From Candidatus Bathyarchaeota archaeon (GTDB lineage: Archaea > Thermoproteota > Bathyarchaeia > 40CM-2-53-6): a stretch of 64,000 bases of DNA. Below the pieces are notes generated by a model. The model made no database searches, had not been told where the DNA came from, and worked only from the letters and a program-made list of their open reading frames with translations. Location of the stretch: NCBI GenBank assembly GCA_963733055.1, contig CAVTBR010000001.1, positions 1,312,001 to 1,376,000 of the forward strand, written 5' to 3'. This document shows positions 30,770 through 40,120 of this stretch, piece after piece. Made by a program: the position numbers and the translations under genes. Every line of letters starts with the position of its first letter. The first letter of the stretch is position 1.

Positions 30770-30989
30770 ATTTGCTTAGTCCTATTTGCGAATTCGATGT
30801 TCGCGGCTTTTTCCTCCGTGAGGATTTTCTTTGGATACGTTCCTGATAGCTTGGCTTAGGGCCGGCATTCAGATCGAGAGCAGAATCAATACTTTACTTC
30901 GTCACTGACTCCCGCCAATATTTCTCTATATACCGTTCCCTAAAATTCAGCACAATTGGGCTCTGTGTCAGTGTTTCAGTAGTCGAGGT

Positions 30990-32561
30990 TTGAGTGTCGT
31001 GGTCGCAACTTCACTGTTGCTCCCAATAAGTGCTCTAGGGATTTTCATTCACGCGTTCTTCCTCACGATTTCCTTGGGCTTTCCGTGGGTGATAGGAGGA
31101 TTACTTTTCCAGTGGTGGAGAACTAGAGATCAGGATTACTACGAAGCTGCACGCAACGTTACCGCTGTTCTCGGCCTGAACTTTGCGCTTGGCGCAATAA
31201 CGGGAACTTTGGTTGAATTTGGGCTTGTTCAAGCATGGCCTGGTACAATCTTCGTGATCGCAACCTTCGGCCTCATGCCCCTGACGTTTGAGCTTGTGGC
31301 GTTTATTGGGGAAATCGTAATGCTTGTCTTGTTTGTTGTTACGCTGGGCAAGGTTCGGCCCCTTGCAAGTCTAGGTGTCATGGTGTTCTATGGTGCCTTG
31401 GCCATTCTATCCGGCGCCCTGATAGTGACGGTGAACAGCTGGCTGGGCGTCCCATGGGGGACTGGCAACCTAGCATCAAATCTCTATCCGTTTCTGCCGC
31501 AGTACGGTCCGAGTGCAGCCGACCCGTCGGCCCTGGTCAAGCTGAAACTGGAGCTCATTAAGAATCTGCTCACTACTGGGACCGCATCCCAGGTTTTAGA
31601 AAACCCTAACCTGGTAAAGGCCGTTGGATTAACGCTGAACGACCCATTCGTTGCATTTTCCTCTCCCTACGCATTCGCAAGCGCCCTCCACGCTGTGAAC
31701 GCGGGCATAATCGTTGGCATGTCGTTCGCCCTAATCGGCTACGCTTACAAGATTTTGAAAACTGGGCAAGCTAAGTATGTGAAAATTGTGAAGGCTTTCC
31801 TTCCCATACTGCTCATCCTACTCATACTTCAACCGACGGTGTTCGGCGACGTGATGGGTAAGGCCGTTGCCGCTCAGCAACCTACTAAATTCGCCCTGAT
31901 GGAAGGTGCCTTCAACACGACTCAAAATCCTCTGATTGCTTTCCTAGCTTACGGTGATCCGCATCACTCGATAGTTGGTTTCGATTCGCTGAGCAGGCAA
32001 TGTGATTCGCTGGGGCGGACGACTCTCGGAAACCTAGCTGCCTCTACGGCTTCGAACATCACTTTGGGTTCCGCTTCGGCGGTGAGCCTAAAGTCCGTTT
32101 GTCTATCTGACTTATCCAAGTCCGAGTCACAGCTGTTGATGATTTATTCGCTGTACTACGTGAAAATAGTATTCGGGATCTTGGACTTGGTGGCCGTTGT
32201 AGGGTTGGTTGCCTTCAACTTCAACCTCGGTCCCCTGTCAAGGTTGACGAGGCGTATTCTCAATCGTTTCGGCGAACAGAAGGCTGTGTTCATGCTCTCA
32301 ACAGTCGTCGTCTTGGCATCGATATTTGCGAGTGGCCTGGGTTGGTTCGTGCGCGAGGTTGGGCGAAAGCCTTGGACTGTGTATGGGTTGATTTACCCGG
32401 AGGAAGTCATAACATCGGTTACCATCAGCCCGCTTGTTTTCGTGGCCTTCGCTCTTTTCTTTGTGGTGGTGGCTGCGGTAGGGATCTACGGTATCTACAT
32501 TGTCTCGACAAGGCGTTTGAAGTTCCTCGAACTCTTGAAGAAGGGAGCAGGGGTGAACTAG
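30990..32561 (+). CDS. cydA: Cytochrome bd-type quinol oxidase subunit I
   Basis: IHAFF, NFALGAITGTLVEF, QPTKFALMEG, GWFVREVGRKPW. Confidence 0.9.
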   Translation: MSVVVATSLLLPISALGIFIHAFFLTISLGFPWVIGGLLFQWWRTRDQDYYEAARNVTAVLGLNFALGAITGTLVEFGLVQAWPGTIFVIATFGLMPLTFELVAFIGEIVMLVLFVVTLGKVRPLASLGVMVFYGALAILSGALIVTVNSWLGVPWGTGNLASNLYPFLPQYGPSAADPSALVKLKLELIKNLLTTGTASQVLENPNLVKAVGLTLNDPFVAFSSPYAFASALHAVNAGIIVGMSFALIGYAYKILKTGQAKYVKIVKAFLPILLILLILQPTVFGDVMGKAVAAQQPTKFALMEGAFNTTQNPLIAFLAYGDPHHSIVGFDSLSRQCDSLGRTTLGNLAASTASNITLGSASAVSLKSVCLSDLSKSESQLLMIYSLYYVKIVFGILDLVAVVGLVAFNFNLGPLSRLTRRILNRFGEQKAVFMLSTVVVLASIFASGLGWFVREVGRKPWTVYGLIYPEEVITSVTISPLVFVAFALFFVVVAAVGIYGIYIVSTRRLKFLELLKKGAGVN

Positions 32562-32562
32562 A

Positions 32563-33702
32563 TTGGCGAGCGCTGAGGTACTCGGTTTCGCTATCCTCGG
32601 AGTCGCCATCATAGTTCACATCATACTAGTCAACATCACCCTTGGAACGGGCTGGATCTCCGCCATGGCAAGATTTCTCGCATGGCGCGAGCACAAGCCA
32701 GACCTCGAGGTCATGTCAAGGAAAGTCTTCAAGATTCTGATAATTCACGAGCTTTTCAGCGGAGTCTGGGGCACGATCATAACGGTGGTGTTGGCGGGTT
32801 TCTTTCCTACGCTCATGGCTACGGCGACGGACATAATCTTCCTGCCCATTCTCATCGCCCTATCATCCATACTGATTCGAATTCCAACAATTGCCCTATT
32901 CTGGTATACTTGGGGAAAGATTCGGCCGGGACTGCACACTCTTGTTGGCTTGGTGATGGCTGTGTCAGGGTTTGGAGTACCGTTCGGGTTCAGGTACATT
33001 TTCGCTGAGCTAACCTACCCGTACGCGTTGGCAATGGCCATGCAAGGATTGAAAGATGTTGCACGGATGGCGGTTTTCTTCAACCCACTCTATCCTTGGT
33101 TGTTACTACATACGTGGTTTGGTGCCCTTTCGATAGGCGGTTTCCTTGTCGCATCATTCTTCGCGATTAAGGGTAACGTGAACGTGAGATTCGCTTGGGT
33201 GGGACTCTGGCACGGCGTGATCTTCCTTGTGCTGCAGGGAGTCTTGGGGCCATCCTACCTGATCAACCTAAGCAGTAGAGCTCCTCTCCTCTATTCCAAC
33301 ATCCTTGGTCAGGCTGGATCGACATTTGATCTGGTACCACTATTCGCATTGAAACTATCGTTGATCGCATTCCTGGTCGTAGCATCCGTCAAGGTGTGGA
33401 GCAAGATTAAACGGGGATACGGAGTTGTGCCGAGGTACACACTTCTTCTCGGCCCGGTTGCTATCGTGGTGGCGATGATCGGGGAATTCATGAACGATGG
33501 CGGCAGATATCCCTACTTGGTTCTGCTGGGGAACTCAGGTGTTGAGCCATCTACCTTCATGAACGCCTATGTTCAAATTCCATGGACTACCGTCTTCGCG
33601 GTCGTCGGTGTGTTGCTCGCTTTCGTCGGAATCTTCATGGTCACAGCCTACTACGCTTTGAATAAGCGCTTCCTCGCCGACATGCCCTTCCACGCCCAGT
33701 GA
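32563..33702 (+). CDS. Cytochrome bd second subunit, CydA-paralogous (CydA'-like)
   Basis: VHIILVNITLG, LLHTWFG and GEFMNDGGRYPY mirror CydA motifs rather than typical CydB. Confidence 0.75.
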   Translation: MASAEVLGFAILGVAIIVHIILVNITLGTGWISAMARFLAWREHKPDLEVMSRKVFKILIIHELFSGVWGTIITVVLAGFFPTLMATATDIIFLPILIALSSILIRIPTIALFWYTWGKIRPGLHTLVGLVMAVSGFGVPFGFRYIFAELTYPYALAMAMQGLKDVARMAVFFNPLYPWLLLHTWFGALSIGGFLVASFFAIKGNVNVRFAWVGLWHGVIFLVLQGVLGPSYLINLSSRAPLLYSNILGQAGSTFDLVPLFALKLSLIAFLVVASVKVWSKIKRGYGVVPRYTLLLGPVAIVVAMIGEFMNDGGRYPYLVLLGNSGVEPSTFMNAYVQIPWTTVFAVVGVLLAFVGIFMVTAYYALNKRFLADMPFHAQ

Positions 33703-33783
33703 TCTTTCGAAGAACCGTTCATCAGAATCCTGTAGAAACGTAAGTCTACTGAAGGTTTATCCGCGAACGCATCCTGCTAGAAG

Positions 33784-34449
33784 ATGATTGGCATGCGAAG
33801 GAAGACCTTGACCGTTGGCATATTTCTCATCCTAGTTGGGGTTTTGTTGTTCGAGCAAGGCACGCAGCTGTTGACACCACTTGCAGACATCGCGGGGCAA
33901 ACTTCGCGCTATACTCAGGAGACCGTTATCCTGTCTCCCACGCTGTATAGCGTGCCCGCGTCGAATTACACCTTCGTCTCCGAGGATTTGACTGGCGGAA
34001 GTCAGGTAGTCGGCTCGATTCAAGTTGAAGAGAACCTTCAGGTGGCTTTCTATGTGATGAATGAAGGAAACTTTTCACTATACAGCACGAGACAACCGAG
34101 CAAACCGGTCCTTGCCGAGCCTACAGCCATTTTATACAACTTCACCTTCTCGCCGAGCGTCTCAGGCACCTACTACTTCGTTTTCCACAACCAGGACAAT
34201 AGCCCGCGTACGATAATCTTCAGTTTGAGTTCAGTCCAAAGCGTTACGGCGCTCAATCCCTTACTTCAATACGCCGACTTTGAACTAATCTTCCTCGGTG
34301 TGATCCTCTCGTTTCTGGGACTGAGGGGAGGTAAGAAGAAACCAAAACCGAGCCCCGTCACAGAATCGGGTTGGAAATGTAAGTTCTGCGGGACGATGAA
34401 TGGGGAGGAGCGAGCGTTTTGTGTCAAGTGTGATCGATCACGGAGCTAG
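33784..34449 (+). CDS. Membrane-anchored protein with GOLD-like ectodomain and C-terminal RanBP2-type zinc finger
   Basis: N- and C-terminal TM; SGTYYFVFHN; WKCKFCGTMN...FCVKC. Confidence 0.7.
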   Translation: MIGMRRKTLTVGIFLILVGVLLFEQGTQLLTPLADIAGQTSRYTQETVILSPTLYSVPASNYTFVSEDLTGGSQVVGSIQVEENLQVAFYVMNEGNFSLYSTRQPSKPVLAEPTAILYNFTFSPSVSGTYYFVFHNQDNSPRTIIFSLSSVQSVTALNPLLQYADFELIFLGVILSFLGLRGGKKKPKPSPVTESGWKCKFCGTMNGEERAFCVKCDRSRS

Positions 34450-35638
34450 GTGACGCTCCACTGCTCTGAACTGTTCGCTCAGCTCTTCTGAATATAGTAT
34501 AGAATGCGACGATAGATGAAACGTACAGGCCTCCACACAAGTAGAACGGGAGGCTCAAGTTTCCGCCACTTAGCATCGAACCGCCAACAACTGTACTTGC
34601 TGCATTGGGTAGGTTCCATAGAACAACGTTGAACGAAGACGCGATTGCGCGTTCGTCTTCAGCAATCATATTCATGAGGAACGTGTCTGAGAGCGGGCTT
34701 GCCATATTCATGAGAACTGCGCGAATTACGTAGAATACCCCAGCAATGAGCGCCGTTGGGCAGAAGGGAATGAGGAGCAGAAAAACGGTTGACATTGATT
34801 GGGTCATCACAATTCCCTTGACCAAACCGATAGTCCTCGCAACGCGGGGAGCGGCTACCGCAGTTAATCCCATTATGATGTTTGACGATGCGATGAGAGG
34901 TCCTGAGAAAACATCGGTCTCGTTGAAGCGCAGGTAGAACCATGTTGGTATGAGCGGGATGATTAGGCCCGCTCCGAGACCTATGAGCATGTTCGCGGCG
35001 GAGAATTTCATGATGACCCCAAGAGATTTTCGGGGCAGTATTCCCTCGCGCGATACGCTAGGCCTAGTGTTTACCGCCCATTTTTGAACCGTGAAGGCGG
35101 TTATCAAAGCGAAAAGACCCAGCGCCACGAAAGAAATTTTGTGCGCCGTGAGCAGGTCGACCCTAAAGAGCGGGAAAAATCCGGGGAGAAAGGTGCCTAT
35201 TCCCGAAGCGATCGTGAATGTCATGAATGATAAGCTGAAGGTTTCCGCGCGAACGCTCACCGTGGTCGTGTCTGCGAGGTAGGCGTTCCTTGTTGAAAGG
35301 TACATCGCGGTACCTGCACCTCCGAATACAGCTGAGATCTCCAGAAGGAGAAAGTTCGAAGTAAGACCCGGAACGACGATCACAATTCCACCGAGAAAAG
35401 ACCCCGCCAGCATTATCTCCTTTCGCCCATAGCGATCTGAGAGGACGGCGAAAGGAATACTGAGAACCACGGCAGTTAGGGCGAGTGTACTGAAGAGAAT
35501 TCCGAGGTTCGTAACCGAGATGCCTTCTAAGGGTAGGAAGACCGCCATGGCGACTTCGTAGAACCCAAGCCCCGCGGCTAACGGTGCAGCACCGATGACT
35601 ACGTTTCTAGTGTCTCTTGGAATGTCTCCGAAACTCAT
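34424..35638 (-). CDS. MFS transporter
   Basis: About 12 TM helices; LSDRYGRK motif A. Confidence 0.9.
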   Translation of the reverse strand: MSFGDIPRDTRNVVIGAAPLAAGLGFYEVAMAVFLPLEGISVTNLGILFSTLALTAVVLSIPFAVLSDRYGRKEIMLAGSFLGGIVIVVPGLTSNFLLLEISAVFGGAGTAMYLSTRNAYLADTTTVSVRAETFSLSFMTFTIASGIGTFLPGFFPLFRVDLLTAHKISFVALGLFALITAFTVQKWAVNTRPSVSREGILPRKSLGVIMKFSAANMLIGLGAGLIIPLIPTWFYLRFNETDVFSGPLIASSNIIMGLTAVAAPRVARTIGLVKGIVMTQSMSTVFLLLIPFCPTALIAGVFYVIRAVLMNMASPLSDTFLMNMIAEDERAIASSFNVVLWNLPNAASTVVGGSMLSGGNLSLPFYLCGGLYVSSIVAFYTIFRRAERTVQSSGASPSSVIDHT

Positions 35639-35670
35639 TCTGCACCATCACACGAGAGGCTGGATTTCGA

Positions 35671-36078
35671 TTAGCTTCCGTTTTTGCGAACAGCCTCAGC
35701 TACTTCTGCCGGTAGTTCTACTGCTTTCCATTCGGAGTTTACCGCGATACATTTGACGTATCCTTCAGCAGCCACCTTACCGTCGTGTTGCCGGATGGCT
35801 TGAAAGTCATAGGTGATTGTTTTCTCGGCAACATCCTTGACCCGCATTACAACATCAAAGATGTCGTCGAAGTGACAAGCCGCCTTATACTGACAATGGG
35901 CTTCGACTCTTGGGAATGTGATTCCATATTTTGCGCGAATATCGTTGAATGGTAGGGATATTGATCTATAGAATTCTTCTTCGCAGGCTTCGAAGTATCG
36001 GAGGTAATTCGTGAAGTGCATCACGCCGGCTACGTCGGTGTCAACCCAATGGACGCGAAACGTGCTCTTGAATGGCAT
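35671..36078 (-). CDS. Acyl-CoA thioesterase (YbgC/4HBT family)
   Basis: DTDVAGVMHFTNYLRYFE. Confidence 0.9.
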   Translation of the reverse strand: MPFKSTFRVHWVDTDVAGVMHFTNYLRYFEACEEEFYRSISLPFNDIRAKYGITFPRVEAHCQYKAACHFDDIFDVVMRVKDVAEKTITYDFQAIRQHDGKVAAEGYVKCIAVNSEWKAVELPAEVAEAVRKNGS

Positions 36079-36211
36079 CCGAACCAACTTTGCCTCAAGG
36101 AACTGCTTCATGAATTTAACCCGCCCGCTTAACTGAGAGGGATACCCTTCAGGAAACGCGGAAAATCTCAGTGAATGCTTATAGGATACGGACCTGAGCC
36201 TTTGATTCGGT

Positions 36212-36416
36212 CCCGCGGTAGCTCAGCCTGGTAGAGCTTCCGAGTCCCTCTTCACAAGGAGTGACGGAGACGCTGTAGGTGTGCGCCCAAGGCGCATCCA
36301 CGTCAGCCTGCTAGGCTAACAACGGATACCGGAGTGTCGCTGGAGAACCTCGCTGCAAGGTTCGGCGAATTCAAAATAGAGTTCAGAACTCTATGAAACT
36401 CCGGCCCGCGGGACCA
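36212..36416 (+). tRNA. tRNA-Tyr(GTA) with four introns (30/31, 37/38, 53/54, 59/60)
   Basis: Introns 36243-36271 (29 nt), 36279-36327 (49 nt), 36344-36369 (26 nt), 36376-36399 (24 nt); mature 77 nt with C1-G72 and A73; BHB-type motif at every junction. Confidence 0.9.
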
Positions 36417-36419
36417 ATA

Positions 36420-37581
36420 TCACACTCGTTTGCGTATGGTTGCTACCCGAGCTAGCTTTGATAACTCGGATAGGTTTTGTTTCAGATCGAAGCTCCAACC
36501 CTGGTCTTGGTCGAAGAGCTCGTAGGAGATCGTTTGACTTGCTCTCTCGATAAAGTCCTGCCTAACAGCCGAATACGATTCCAACGACCCTTCTTGAGCC
36601 ATTTGAGAGAGGAAAGCGAATAGGGAGGGGACCTGTGTCTGGAGAGTGTACGTTCTGACAAGCAACGAGTTCTGGTGAAGAATCTTTGAGATGCCAAGAA
36701 CGAAGAAGAATTCGTTCATGGATGAATAGAATCTATTCATGTCTCGAGAGTTTCTGAATTTGAGCAATATTTCATGGTAGGCTGAGACTGTTTCAGGGTA
36801 CGGCAACACGTCGAAACCGAAGTAATTCACAATCCCAGTAGGAACGAGTTTCTTATCGTAATGGTACTTTACCCCTTGCAATGAAATGCCTAGCAGGGGC
36901 GCGAGTTCAGCGAAGCTCTTGCGACCGTTCTTCTCAAGCTCTTTCACAATCAACATGTCTTTCTTGTCCGAGAATAGGGTAGTTGGCTGGGTCTTCGATC
37001 GTTTGAGACGGTTTCTTCTTGAACGAGGCTAGCCAGCGTCCCCATTGAAACGTCCATTCATTGGTTGCCGGGTTGTAGTAGTCGAAGTTTGGGAAGTTTG
37101 GAATGTATTCGCCTGTGAGCATTATGTTAGACTGCGAGATGAGGCCCAATTCGACAATTCGTTTCATGTAGCTTCTGAACTGCTTCAGAAATTTGAATGG
37201 AATTAGGTGGACTGAAAAGTGTGTGAAGGTCCCTTCGCAACGGTTCACAGACCTCCAGTAATTTGGCACCTTAAGCGCCATAGTCACCCTGTCTTCAGAG
37301 CCAAGGTTAGCGGTGGCTAGGACAACAACACGCATTAAGCCAAGTTTTGAAACCTGGGGAACAAGGGAAACGAGCCGCTTTGATTTCGCTTCAAGTCTAG
37401 CTACTCTGTGGTAGACTGATGTGAAAGGTATGCCCGTTCTCCTAGAAACTTCGAGTAAGTTACGTGGGCCGTATTTCCACATGGCGGATAGTATCTTTAT
37501 GTTGGTTCGGTCGAGCTGCTTGATTATTTCTCTGATTCCTTTGTGCCAGTCTGCTAACCGCACTTTTTCGGTCTTCAGCAT
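36420..37581 (-). CDS. Tandem Lrp/AsnC-type winged-helix regulator, apparently frameshifted near 36968
   Basis: Half 1: LDRTNIKILSAMWKYGPRNLLEVSRRTGIPFTSVYHRVARL; half 2: DKKDMLIVKELEKNGRKSFAELAPLLGISLQGVKYH; halves joined by a one-base shift. Confidence 0.8.
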
Positions 37582-37680
37582 TGTTTGCGTGCCTGGAAAC
37601 AGCCCACGGTGGCTAAGATATAACCTGTTAGTTTTCGTACAAAAAACATGGGAAATTTGTAAGGGGTGCACCGCAGGAGT

Positions 37681-37812
37681 TTAGAATAGTGCTGTTATGA
37701 TGCCGTGTGGGCCGCCGGTCGGATCTCCGGCGCTGACATTGCGCGTCATCAGGACTACGGCAACGAGGGCCAGAACTACAACCGCGGCGAGCAGGAGCCT
37801 AAACTTTGACAT
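37681..37812 (-). CDS. 43-aa secreted micro-peptide precursor (not in ORF track)
   Basis: MSKFRLLLAAVVVLALVAVVLMTRNVSA-GDPTGGPHGIITALF; strong RBS GGAGGTGA; AT-rich TATA-like element upstream. Confidence 0.75.
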   Translation of the reverse strand: MSKFRLLLAAVVVLALVAVVLMTRNVSAGDPTGGPHGIITALF

Positions 37813-38128
37813 TGACTCACCTCCGCCGCGGTAAGGTTGCGCGGTGTGACTTTATTTATTTACAAAATATGACGCGGAAATCGGCAACTTATATATGCGG
37901 CTTTCAGGTTGGCTCGCTAACCCGGGATATGATTTGTGCGACCACTGCGACGCCTTAGCGAGTATTCTCTCGGACCTTGTAGGGCCTAAAGCGTCGGAAG
38001 TGGTTATGAAAAGAGTAAGGGCAAGAATGCACGGGACCAGCGAACTGAGTCCCCAAAGGGATTCACTAAAGCCAGCTAGTCAGCCACATTGACGGTCTTC
38101 GCATTAATCGAGCGCTAGGATCCGACTC

Positions 38129-38593
38129 TTACGTTATCTTGTACAGGTACAGTCTACGTGTAATTCCGCTCGTGTTAACCTCTAGCTCCCGATCTGCCAC
38201 CCATCCGGGGAGCTTGTAGTCTAATGAGACGACCCGCGCCCCCGCTTTCAGTTTCGTCTTCAATTTTGGCGCGAGCTTGACGTTCGCCGAATCTGAGAGA
38301 TAAATGGCGATTACGTCGGCGGATGACAGGTCGACTTGGAAGAGGTCTCCTTCAATCAAATCAGCCTCCGTCCCTGTAGCTGCTAATCGTTCCCTAGTTC
38401 GACTGATCCGTTCTGGGTCGATCTCAACGCCTACCGCTTTAGCCCCAAACCGCCGCACCGCCTCAATCATTATCCGCCCGTCCCCGGCGCCCAGATCGAA
38501 CAGAGTTTCCCCACGCCGTAAGGATGCTAGTTGAAGCATCTGGCGAACTATGTCCTTGGGGGTAGGAACGTAGGCGACATCGAGGTCAACCAC
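38129..38593 (-). CDS. Class I SAM methyltransferase (protein-lysine methyltransferase-like)
   Basis: YVPTP, DLGAGDGRI, GVEIDP. Confidence 0.85.
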   Translation of the reverse strand: MVDLDVAYVPTPKDIVRQMLQLASLRRGETLFDLGAGDGRIMIEAVRRFGAKAVGVEIDPERISRTRERLAATGTEADLIEGDLFQVDLSSADVIAIYLSDSANVKLAPKLKTKLKAGARVVSLDYKLPGWVADRELEVNTSGITRRLYLYKIT

Positions 38594-38735
38594 AATCTAC
38601 TACCTCAGTCAATATCGGCAGATTGCCAAGAAACGAACGAGAATCTCCTCATGAGAATCAATCTTGACGAGAGTTGGCGATTTTCTGGTGGTCAGCAAGG
38701 CTTTAAACTGGCTTCGAGGGGTGTGAGTTGCAAAC

Positions 38736-38840
38736 GCCCTGGTCGTTCAGTGGTCTAGGATGACGGCCTGTCACGTCGTCGACGCGGGTTCGAATCCCGC
38801 CCAAAGGAGCAGCCTGAAACTCTCCTGGCGAGGGGCGCCA
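38736..38840 (+). tRNA. tRNA-Asp(GTC) with a 29-nt intron in the 3' acceptor strand (68/69)
   Basis: Removing 38804-38832 restores CCAGGGC-G-CCA, which pairs with 5' GCCCTGG; strict BHB. Confidence 0.9.
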
Positions 38841-38854
38841 ACCCGCGGTTCAGA

Positions 38855-38995
38855 TCACTCATCGAAACCGACAAGCTTCTTGACATCCTTCTTCTCCATT
38901 TTATCGCCCTTGCAACGCGGGCAGGTTGGCGTATTGGAGGCGGAAAGAAACTCGTAACCGCACCCTGCGCATTTCCAGTAAATAACATCCTGCAA
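38855..38995 (-). CDS. 46-aa zinc-ribbon protein (not in ORF track)
   Basis: TTG start: MQDVIYWKCAGCGYEFLSASNTPTCPRCKGDKMEKKDVKKLVGFDE; GGAG upstream. Confidence 0.75.
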   Translation of the reverse strand: MQDVIYWKCAGCGYEFLSASNTPTCPRCKGDKMEKKDVKKLVGFDE

Positions 38996-39063
38996 AGCAA
39001 TCTCCGACCTACATTTCGTTACTTAGTCAATAAGTAACGCCCTACTTCTTATTTTGAGAGGAC

Positions 39064-40023
39064 GTGTTAAATTTGATTCCAGGCACTGAAACAGATGTAG
39101 TTGCAGCAATTGAGAAAGTAAGCCCCGCAGTTGTCTCAGTCGCTACGTTGCGGGTTATTCAAGAAAGCATGTTCGACGCCATCCCAGTTTGCGGAATGGG
39201 GTCGGGAATAATTTTCGATTCAAACGGTGGAATCCTCACCAACCACCATATCGTTGAAGATGCGGAAAGGGTCGAGGTTCTTACGCCGGATGGTAAGAAG
39301 TTCCGCGGAGAGGTGTTGGGATCCGATTCGATGTCTGACGTGGCTGTGGTGCGAGTTGATGGAGAAAACTTACCCGCGGTTAAGCTTGGTGACTCTGACA
39401 AGTTGAAGGTGGGGCAGGTCTCAATCGCCATCGGAAACCCCTACGGGTTCATGTTGCCGGGGCCGGCGGCGACGGTTGGAGTGATCAGTGCGTTGAAGCG
39501 GCATATTCACGTTGAGGAGCGCATGTACGAGGACCTGATTCAGACGGACGCTTCCATCAACCCTGGTAACAGTGGTGGCCCGCTCGTAGACAGTTCGGGG
39601 ATGGTGGTTGGAGTTAACACCGCCAACATTCCGTTCGCGCAAGGCATCGGATTCGCCATACCCATCAACGCCGCGAAGAGGATAGCGAAAGAAATCATTG
39701 AGCATGGTCGTGTGATTCGACCGTACGTTGGCATAGCCGGTTTGACCCTGACACGAGAGATTGCGGAATCATACAATCTCCCCTACGAACAGGGAGCTCT
39801 TGTTGTGAGGGTAGGGAGAGGAAGCCCAGCGAAGAGGGCCGGGGTGGCGGCGGGAGATGTGATCCTGGAAGCCGACGGTAAGGCTCTCAAGGGTTGGGAA
39901 GACCTACAACACATACTCCAAGATAAGAAGGTGGACGACACCCTCGAGTTACTCATCGGCCGCGACCGAGAACAGGGAAAAGTACACGTAAGGCTGGAAG
40001 AAGCCAGCAAGGTCATCGCTTAA
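39064..40023 (+). CDS. HtrA/DegP-like trypsin serine protease with PDZ domain (no signal or TM)
   Basis: GSG, LTNHHIV, DVAV, IQTDASINPGNSGGPL, PDZ. Confidence 0.92.
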   Translation: MLNLIPGTETDVVAAIEKVSPAVVSVATLRVIQESMFDAIPVCGMGSGIIFDSNGGILTNHHIVEDAERVEVLTPDGKKFRGEVLGSDSMSDVAVVRVDGENLPAVKLGDSDKLKVGQVSIAIGNPYGFMLPGPAATVGVISALKRHIHVEERMYEDLIQTDASINPGNSGGPLVDSSGMVVGVNTANIPFAQGIGFAIPINAAKRIAKEIIEHGRVIRPYVGIAGLTLTREIAESYNLPYEQGALVVRVGRGSPAKRAGVAAGDVILEADGKALKGWEDLQHILQDKKVDDTLELLIGRDREQGKVHVRLEEASKVIA

Positions 40024-40120
40024 CCGGCCAATCGCACGCACGCGCCCCTAAGAGGGTGGGGGGGATGTGTAGTTTTCTGGGGCCAACATGTTACTTCGGC
40101 AGGAACGGTCCAAGCCTAGG

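Noticed and set aside
37895-38092. 65-aa ORF with CDHC
   Set aside because: No family recognised and no clear RBS; coding status unsupported.
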